Below, in pieces: positions 54,961 to 64,000 of a stretch of 64,000 bases of DNA. Location of the stretch: assembly GCA_011109175.1 (NCBI GenBank), contig RDEW01000078.1:74823-138822 (forward strand), given 5' to 3'. The position numbers were made by a program, and so were the translations under genes. Source of the stretch: Dicyema japonicum. Lineage: Eukaryota > Animalia > Dicyemida. The notes beneath the pieces are model-generated. The model saw nothing but the letters and a program-made list of their open reading frames with translations, did no database searches and had not been told where the DNA came from. Position 1 is the first letter of the stretch. Each line of letters starts with the position of its first letter.

Positions 54961-55739
54961 TCAGTGAATTACAAGTAAATGGAGTGAGATAATCACAACT
55001 CCTCCGCAAAATACGCAAATGCAATTTTTAGAGTCTTCAATGGCCTTCCCTATCCTCTGCACGAAAACTGTGAACAGGAAGAACGCAGAAGCACACATGT
55101 TGAAGAGAACCTCAAAGAGTCTTCCACTGCAACCGTTCTGTGTTTGTTGATTCGCACAGTAGACTCCGACCAGGAATGAAGAGGCAAAACCCAGGGCAAG
55201 GAGGACGTGGAGTTTCCTCGGTAAGTCGACTACAGAGGCCTTTGTTCCAATGGCCAGGGAAACAAAAATTCGGTGAAATATTAAACCGAAAAACACGGGA
55301 ATCAGTTGCCGTGGACTTTTCTGGAAACCAAGTGTGATTCCGTCGAAAAATGAATGTAAAAAAATAACAAAATATCCGACGAAAAAATCACGTTTTTTCT
55401 CACAGTCTTCCACATGCTTTGAATTTCGGGATATTCTGGCGTTGAAAATCATCATAAGAAAAAAAATTATGGCAATCAAAACAAAGACTTCTGAATCCGA
55501 GTTTGAATTTAAGGAATAACATGCTAGAGCTTCCAAATAACAAGTGTATGCAGAGGGAATGAATACACTTAGAGTCAATGTGCTTAAAATTCCGTCGACA
55601 AAAAAAAGAAGTCTCTCAGATTTTCTTTTTGGAAGTAGACTCAGTTTGTTGCCACATATGGAGGTAAAAAAGGGGAAAAGATAAAAAATAACGATGAAAT
55701 AAAAATTAGTGAAGACAAGCACACCAATTCAGTCAACAT
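54961..55739 (-). CDS. ZIP (SLC39) metal transporter, apparently intronless
   Basis: 253-aa hydrophobic ORF with FLHSFFDGITLG and GLIFHRIF metal-site motifs; likely ATG at 55739 with one homopolymer indel near the 5' end. Confidence 0.85.
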
Positions 55740-55904
55740 TAGTATATGAGTGTTCAATTCTGAAGTAAAAATATTTATTGAATTTTTAAATTATTAATAT
55801 TTATTATATATTATATTAAATTTACTTTTTTTAATATTTTTTATTAATCAAGCTATTTTTATGCGAATAAGTAAAAAATGATAAAATATTGACAACTTTT
55901 CTGG

Positions 55905-56800
55905 ATTGACGAGTGACGCCGTCATCAGTGATTCATCACTGAGGAACTGGATTGTCCCAAGGACTCATATATAAGCCAAAAGAAAAGAATAAGTTGATAA
56001 CACCTTTGATGTCTTGGATTAACTTAAATAAAGTGCGAGTTCACCTAAGCGGAAGTATAAGAATTGTTTCCGTTACTTAAGTAGAAGTTTCAACTCCTTA
56101 TTATCTCGTAGTGTCGTAGACAAGTTCCACGGAGGGCACTTGATGTAGTTGGAAGATGATATAAATATTGTTGTAGATAAGCAACTAAAGAACCTTGAAG
56201 AATGTCAGCTTTTTGTGGACTCAACTGTAAAAGATACCATTTCGCTACTGAAGACAGGCATCTGTTTAGTAGAACGATCTAGTTTTGACACTTTTACTGA
56301 AGAAGAAAAGAAAGAGATCCTTTTTGGATGTCTACCAAGTACTGGACGTCTCTGTATGAGGTTTCATGTGGACTGGACACTCACAAGGAATACTTTGCTA
56401 TTGTCCTATCATGTCTTATAGCTGATATCGATTCCCTCTGAGCTTCAATTGGTACTCCAATGCGTATGTATCAGGATGGTGGAAAGAGGAAGGTACTTCA
56501 TCCTCACAAAATCGATCCAAATTAGTCAGACTATAAATCTCTCAGAACTGATCGATTTAAAATTAACAAATTTTGATAAATTTTGATAAAGATGTAAAGT
56601 AGTGAGATGACGAAGAAAGTTGGTGATAAAATAATTGCAGAAGGTAAAAAATACGATCAAGACTTAAAATAAGGTCTCCAACAAGAAAGTCGTTGATTCT
56701 AGCCACGGATATGGATGAAATTGTTATTGGAAAAAGCTTAATCATATTAATCGTGAGTTCCTCTAAGTTGGCCGTGGAAGAGATTTAAACCCAGTGCTGG
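55905..56800 (+). mobile_element. Heavily decayed LINE remnant
   Basis: DAVISDSSLRNWIV homology with 52530 and 35372; weak RT-like pieces downstream. Confidence 0.4.
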
Positions 56801-57659
56801 TGAGCTTAACTCTTCAGTTGAGAAATTCCGCTATTCGATATCTTCCGAGTATGTAGTCTCTTTCATTAAAGAAAGTGGAAGACGAAGGGCAACATCCGTC
56901 ATGAGTTGATGAGGAAATTAAGTGGAATAGAGGCAGATCACTCACCCTATAAAGATAAGGTAGTCGGTGTACTTATAGCGTCCAGAGACCAAAAAACATA
57001 ATTGTTAATTAACCGCCAAAACTTCGCACTTTTGTTATGCGGTTTGGAGAATTAATTTGATGTGTTTTAAACTCGGTTAAAATATCCCTGAGAACCTTGG
57101 CAATCATTCTGCGTTATTGAATGATGCACACGTGCTACTGACTACAGCGCTGAAAGCCGATGCTAGAGCATACCTAATTAATTAAGGAACTTCACGGGAC
57201 AGATCATATGCGGGCATAAAGTTATAATTCTGAATTTAGTTTTTAGTTGTCCACGTGCACTTTAAAGAACAAGTAAACACTTATAGGCTATATAGTGTAT
57301 TATCTAGAACACCAACGCAAGTTAAACAGTTAACTGATTACAGTTATAATAAGCGCAGGGCCATCTTGCCTAATGTAGTCATTGATGTAACCCACTGCTG
57401 GGTAGAAGCGCCTCTTCACGTCCTTGAACAAAAATCGAATGGGAAGAGAGCTTGGCGAAAAAGGTTTATGCCTTCTTCATAAAGCAGAGAAATCAGGGTC
57501 CACATCTAAGGGTCGTCTTTATTATTAGCACTTATCGCTATGTCATGACAAAACATGTGCAACACGATTTAGCTAATCACTGGTTAGTTTCATCCACTTC
57601 CTCCTATTCAAAGCCGCAGTGCGCAACCAGTCAAGATCATCTCCACTTCCAAGATGCCG

Positions 57660-59190
57660 TCCCATTTCTTTGAGGTCCTAGTCGATAACGACTGCCAGTG
57701 TCGTTCTTAGGCGACCACGGAAACGGGAGGCCTCCAACATGAAGTAATCCTCTGTGGCTACGTTCGCGGGGGCATCTATGTCCAGTCGCAGAATATGGCC
57801 GAAAAGCCTTCATCGTGTATCCAGAATCTCATTAGAAATTTCTGAGGTCTTCGTCCTTTTATAAAGAAGATTAGATGACATCCTCGTATCACTTCTTTCG
57901 AACATCATATGCCGTAGTTGGTCTCTATGAAACGCATTAAGCCTCTTCAGTTCATTTTTTGAGCAGGCCCAGGTACCAGCGTTATACAGTAGTATGGGTT
58001 TCACTAGCGAGTTGTATAATCTAGTTTTTGTTATAATGTCAAGGCCTTTTTTGTGAGCCAGGTGTTCTTTAATCTGGAGAGGGCAGTTTGTGCCAGGGTT
58101 TTCCTTCTTGTAATTTCTTCATGGTCTCCTAGGAGGGAGCCAAGCTTTTTGTACTTGCCAGTGCTCCTTCGTCCTTGTTTCTTCCCTCTTGAGTTCAGTT
58201 ACCTCATTCTTGTTCGGATTTACTGTTAGGAACCATTCGGCTAATCTTCCAGGCACTTCTTCCAACAAGCGAGTGAGCGATATTTTGTTATTTGAAATAA
58301 AGTCTACGTCGTCAGCATACGCAATAATGTTTGTCTTTTCACCCATTATCGGTTTTGATTCCCGTACAAGGTATATGACAAAAAATAGGTGATAACGGGT
58401 CTCCCTGTGGAGTGCCAACAGTCGTCTCAAATCGGCGAGACAAGGCTCCCCCGACTCTTACAGTGAGCCAAATATCAGCTAAGCAGGTGGTAGCCATTCT
58501 GACAGTGAAGCGTCTAGGAAACTCCACAGAACCAGTATTAGTTTCCGTCCATCGACAGAGTCAAGGCCCTCAAAATGTCGATTCCGAGGATTGTTGTAGA
58601 CATTTTGAACATTTGAACGGCCGCAGATCTCCACTTGTGGAACCACAAAACATCGGAAGTAGATCTTCCTTTTCGGAATCCGCTGTGGTATGCGACAGAA
58701 ATGTATCTAGGCGTCCTTCCATCTTTTGTAATGTTATGTTTGCCAAAATTTTTCGAAGTAAATTCATTAATATGACTAAACGGAGGTTCTCCACTTTAGC
58801 TTTTGGTTTATTCCCTTCTGTACAGGTATCAAGATACCCTCTCCCAGGGTCAGCGTGTGACCATAATAGTACATTTCAATCAGGATCCTAGCGATGCATT
58901 CATACAGCTATTGGGTTCCATATTTGAAGAATTCACCACGAGTCCGTCGGGGCCAGAAGTCCTGTTGTTTTTCAACTTGGAACTCGCAAGTTCAATTTCA
59001 TATGGTGTGATTTCTTAGTCCAATTTCCCTCGTTCTAGGATGATAGTGTCGTTCCTTGGATTGAAAAGTTTTCCAACGTGGGCAGCGATAAATTCCGCCA
59101 CTTCCCTTTGTTCCACAATCTGCGTTCCTTTGTCATCTCTTATCATTATCGGTTAATGGGGTCTCTTTTTTATCTGTTTCGTCTTCATAT
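57660..59190 (-). mobile_element. 5'-truncated RTE-like LINE
   Basis: KNNRTSGPDG, VGTPQGDPLSP, IAYADDVDF, LTVNPNKNE, LLYNAGTW, LNAFHRDQLR. Confidence 0.88.
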
Positions 59191-59322
59191 CATTAAAAAC
59201 AAAATCTTATGAGTTGAATTTACAAATATTTTGTAATTTTAGTTATATTAAAAGTTGAGTTAATATTAAATAAATATAACCAATAATAATTATTTAAATA
59301 TCATCTTGCGTGTCGAAGTGTG

Positions 59323-60933
59323 ATGGCAAGTTTGCTTGTACAAATAATTTCTTAGTTCAAGTTCTAGAAATAATTAGGCCATTTACAGTGCTGGTACCCG
59401 AAATACAGAAGCCCATAAGAAAAGTATGGCTTCCAAACTATTCTAGATCGCTTTCAAAGAGCGTGTTCTCTGGAGCTTAGTCACCCTCCTTGTTTTTCTT
59501 GTATGTTGTCAGGTCCCTCTTTTTGGACTTATGACGACCAGCACCGCCGACCCCTGTACTGGATTCGAGCCATTTTGGCCTCCAATCGAGGTAATTGATC
59601 TAACGGTACCAAATAGGGACTTTGATGGACCTTGGGATGTCTCCGATTATAACTTCAAGCATGATCATGCAATTTCTAGCGGCCTCCAAGATCATTGAGG
59701 TTTCAGATTCACCCAAGGACCAGGCAATCTTCGACAACGCTCAAAAAACGTAAGGCAGTGGTTTACAAAAGTGATCGGTCTTGTCTTCACTGTGGCCCAG
59801 TCTATCCTCTCCATCATTATGGGAATGTACGGGGATCCTTCATGAGATGGGGTTCGGCGTGTGCGCCGTGATCTTTATCCAAGTTGACGGTAGTATCATT
59901 TCAGCTCCTCTGTGCTGGGATCCTTGTGCTGCTGATGGATGAGCTTTTGCAGAAGGGGTACGGCCTGGGCTCTGGGATCTCACTGTTCATAGCAACGAAC
60001 ATCTGTGAGAATATAAGCTGGGAGGCCTTGAGCATAACAACGATAAACACAGGGAGAGGTTAGTACCGTTAAATAATAGTAAGGGACCGAGTATGAGGGA
60101 GCTCTTATTTCACTTGTGCACTTGCTGATAACACGGACGAACAAGGTCAGGGCTCTCAGGGAAGCGTTCTTCCGGACTAATCTCCCAAATGTGTCTTCGT
60201 TGATGGCGACGGTCCTTGTTTTTCTGACCGTGATCTACCTGCAGGTACTCCTCTATGTGATTGAAGGGATTTCGTGTAAACCTGATCCTCCACTCAAAGC
60301 GGTATCGCGGAAACTGTGGATCTTACCCGATAAAGCTGTTTTACACGTCGAATATGCCAATAATCTTGCAAAGTGCTCTTGTGTCCAATCTCTTCATATT
60401 CGCCCAGATGCTGGCCAGTAGATTCGACAACATTGTGATCCGCCTTGTTGGGGTATGGAGGATGACGTCAAACGGGAGGTCCTTCCCAGTTGGAGGTCTG
60501 TGCTATTATATGTCCCCGCCGCAAAATTTTGCCCACTTTGTGAGCGACCCAGTGCACTCTGTGTGCTATATAGTGTTCATGTTGGGATCATGTGCTCTGT
60601 TTTCTAAATATTGGGTGAATTTGAGTGGTCAGTCGCCGAAGGATGTGGCGAAGCAGTTGAAGAATGAGAATATGGTGGTGTCGGCCTGCAGGGATGAGGA
60701 ATCAGTAGTGAACTATCTAAGTCGGTATATTGGGATAGCTGCGTCGTTTGGGGGACTATGCATTGGAGCTTTGTCTGTGTTTGCGGACTGTCTTGGTGAT
60801 GGTTGGGTTATTGTAGGTGCTATTGGTAGTGGGACTGGGATTCTGTTGGCTGTTGGAATTATTTATAAATTACTTTGAGATCTTTGCCAAGGAACAGGCG
60901 GAGGCTGGCAGCTTTACTAGTCTTTTGTTTTAG
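59323..60933 (+). CDS. SEC61A: Sec61 translocon alpha subunit, 9 exons
   Basis: Near full-length match ([12 protein letters not shown]...[14 protein letters not shown]...[19 protein letters not shown]...[10 protein letters not shown]); introns 59330-59355, 59424-59446, 59591-59616, 59750-59771, 59883-59904, 60059-60083, 60245-60266, 60796-60816; four single-base homopolymer indels. Confidence 0.97.
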
Positions 60934-62623
60934 TTAACATAATTTTTGTTTATTTTTTGGATTCTATGTATTCGGAACTACTTTTTGTTTTAGTTGGTTG
61001 GGCTGATTAGAGGATTCTAGTATAGGGTAGATAAACTTTCCGTTAAAGGCTTTAACACCAACTTTGAAGTAACTCCATGTTGGAGTTATTTGGTAGATTC
61101 GAGTCTATTGCCAATATATGAAACCCTAAGGTACGTTAAGTGTTGCTATAACTAAAACCTCACAAACTTATTTCATAGAGAAATTCGGAAATCCATGACT
61201 TATTGACTTTTGAAATAACAGACTGATTAGCAAAAATTGATTAAAAAATCTTAATTCTGTTTTGCAATAAAATCTGGTAGAGGATTACGTGAGTATTGAG
61301 CGTTCCTCTGATTGGGTTTAAAGATATAGAAACTCTACAAAGTCGGAATTTTGAATCGCTTTCTTTAAGACAAAAGTATCTTCTTGCGTAGTAGGATCAT
61401 TGTAAAACATGAAAGAAGACCACGTGCCATTTCGCCACAAAGTGCAACAGATATTGCTAGTAAGAAGGAATTCTTACTTCTCCACGAGTTTGGTCTAAAT
61501 AATGAGAGGAAACCAAGACTCAGTCAGTTGCGGTGAATAAGATGGTAGAGATCAGATATGCAAAAAATATCCCCGACCTGTTTATTTTGACATAAAAGTG
61601 GAATAAAGTCTTCCACAAATGTGAGAGACTAACTTCTGGATTACCAATGTAGTCACTTAGGATGGTATTGTGACTTTCCAGTATGGTAGATTGTTGAATA
61701 GCAGAAGAATGTTCAATCGTTGTTAATTAAGATTTTGGAGAGTTTTACTGTCCATGAAGAACTGAAACCGAATCTGGAGATGTAGTACTAAGCACAAAAA
61801 GTTAGATATTCTTAATTTAAATGGAAGTTATTGGAGAATAAATGAGTGATCTATTTAAAGACCATGTGAATTGGTATTTACTCAGTTACCCCGACATAAC
61901 TAACATGTCGAAGGCTGGCTGCTATCTAAAAGTGCTGGCACAATGACAGTCATAAGGATTTCCTTGAGAATGAGCTCCGTGTAGGGGAAAGGTCTTTTAG
62001 CTGGTCAAAAGTTGAGTGGGGGACGAGTATATTAACATACACAGCAAAGGTTGCTTATCCAACAAAAAGAGTAGGATAATTTGAATTCAATTCTGCAAAA
62101 GATTTGATTTATTTTTATTGATTTTCTGGAGTCCCTCATGGAGATCCGGTCTTCTAAAACTTGCTCGCCCTCGAACCACTAATGTGTCCCTCGAGGAAAT
62201 TTATACGACTCCTTGGACTCATGGAAGGTGAAACAACTTGTATGGACAACTGGGGATGGTTGTACTAAAGCTCATGCAGTTGTAGTCTTGACTGTAGAAA
62301 TTTTTTATATTTATTCCATTTAATATCGTTTAAATTCAGGGAGTCAACCAGATATCTTCGAGAACGACAGAAATATTCGAAAGAGTAACTTTTAATTAAT
62401 ACAACAGGAACCATAATAAAAAGGAAAGGAGTTATGACTGATTAAGTGATTCGGAGTCGATTCCTTATCTGGGAATTCTGGATAAATCTCCCTAAAGAAT
62501 GTTTCTTTTCATATTTTTTGGGAGGATTACAGATGTGGTATGACTTTAAGTAGAAAAAAATGCTCTGGAAATTTGGCCTTTCAAGAAAAGTTCAGTTAGG
62601 TAATTTACAATTGACGGGTCCTT

Positions 62624-62951
62624 TATTTATTTATTAACCCCGGATAGACCAAGAAAGAAGTTAAAGTAAACAACTAATTAAGTGTATCCAGTTTCCACTT
62701 CTACAGAAACAGAGTCCATCCGGAATCAGCATAAAGGGTAAGACGTCCATTACATGCAGTTGTGGAAACCCCTCCAGTGGAGTGGGGAAGAGAAAATGAT
62801 CCTTTTTCATGCCGGCCTGGCACTGGGCGTCACCTGGACAGGTAGATCACATGACGCCACTCTAATAGGAAGAGAGAAGAGGAACAGACAAGCAAGCAGA
62901 AACTTCAATCAATTAACAACGCAGCACCACATGGCGCCACGCGGCAAAATA
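62624..62951 (-). mobile_element. Full-length 328-bp short non-autonomous retroelement with an 18-bp TSD
   Basis: TACAATTGACGGGTCCTT at 62606-62623 and 62952-62969; (TAAA)n tail. Confidence 0.95.
62797..62858 (-). ncRNA. Candidate HDV-like ribozyme, third instance (J4/2 C replaced by U)
   Basis: GGCGUC AUG UGAUCU ACC UGUCCA GGU GACGCC CAG UGCC AGGCC GGCA U GAAAAA GGAUCA. Confidence 0.55.
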
Positions 62952-63182
62952 TACAATTGACGGGTCCTTAACTAAGCTAGTGTTTCAAGAGTTTTTCGTT
63001 AAAATAAAAGCAAAGGATATTTAAGTATGATTAATAATTTACTATTTAAATTTAAATATTTTTAAATTTTATAGATTTAGCGGTCATAAAAATCTTTTTT
63101 AGTGTGACGCTTATAGTGTTTTAATATGACAAATTCTTTTCTTAATAACTCCAGCAAGTATATTTTACTAATAATAAACAGA

Positions 63183-64000
63183 ATGACAACATCTCTTCAA
63201 GAATTCATTAATTCAATTCGCAATGATACCTTAACTGACGAAGACGTAAGTTTCTCCCTCACATTATTACCAATCAGCGCAGAAACTGCATTTGTCTCCA
63301 CTATTCATGCTATTTCTGGTATTTATCAAATATATTCAGATTCATTAAACAGCCTGTCCAACAGTGACCATATTTATACTATTTTGGAGAAAATTTCACA
63401 GTATCCTCTCGCACTAACCTTAGTAACCTCAACAAGGGGAAACTGATTAAGGCGGGGTCACTTTTAGAGAATTTTCTCACTAAATTCAAGGAAATAATCA
63501 AAATCAACTCTTTGCCCACATCAAACTCCTCCACATGTTTCAGAAAGACCAAGAAAGTACTCTTGACCTAATCTCAGCTGTTCAATGAGACAGTGATTGA
63601 ATCTAACTACCTACTAAACAAGATATCTTCCAGTCTAGAATTTGGGGGAGACAATAAATAAGCTGAAGGACCTGTACAACCGTACGGTGAATATGTGGAT
63701 GAAGTGTCTCATAATCGTAACATTGAGTGTAATCCTAGAGTGAAATCCAAATTATTGGGGAGTCTCGTCAGGAGGACGTGGTAAGAACAGGCATCCGTTC
63801 GCTGATAGGTTACAGTAGGACGAGTAAACGAGTGTGTGAGTGTATAATACAGGTGGTGTGTGATGCTGATGAAAGTGTGGGGGAGTAGAATGTTTGATAT
63901 CCGTTTGTTACTCGATGAAGGAGGTAGCCTATGATGCACTCAAATTGACAGTGTTGCTATGCACTCAGTTCGGGGTGGAGGTGTTTGTTAAGGTATATTG
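63183..64000 (+). CDS. Partial host gene with tiny introns; N-terminus resembles COP9 signalosome subunit 3
   Basis: MTTSLQEFINSIRN resembles the COPS3 start MASALEQFVNSVRQ (from memory); plausible 21-24 nt introns GTATCCTCTCGCACTAACCTTAG and GTACTCTTGACCTAATCTCAG; runs off the window end. Confidence 0.4.

Noticed and set aside
59323-60933. SEC61A as a pseudogene
   Set aside because: The protein is highly conserved, the splice sites are intact, and all disruptions are single-base homopolymer indels.

Overview
Eukaryotic, AT-rich genomic window, probably from an animal parasite. Spliceosomal introns are only 21-26 nt, which is consistent with a dicyemid mesozoan, but that assignment is an inference. 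Host genes are LAMP-like, SEC24, a degenerate DHX15/Prp43-like helicase, RRP9, PLAA/DOA1, WDR6-like, a ZIP transporter, SEC61A and a partial COPS3-like gene. They are embedded in a dense field of mostly decayed transposons: CRE-, RTE-, R4- and Ingi/Vingi-like non-LTR elements, plus Tc1, hAT, Helitron and Merlin pieces. The assembly carries many homopolymer indels, so frameshifts alone do not prove pseudogenisation. The most striking signal is an Ingi/Vingi-like LINE (1916-3650, minus strand). Its 5' end folds into a 60-nt HDV-type nested pseudoknot with a non-canonical core, followed by a DVETNPGP 2A/StopGo peptide and an AP-endonuclease. A family of short non-autonomous elements carries the same fold with compensatory base changes and a 3' tail shared with a related LINE; two of these copies have clear target-site duplications. 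A second unexplained signal is a CACGTG-rich domain at about 48-61.5 kb, centred on a roughly 60-bp-periodic array just downstream of the ZIP gene. All counts and alignments were made by eye.
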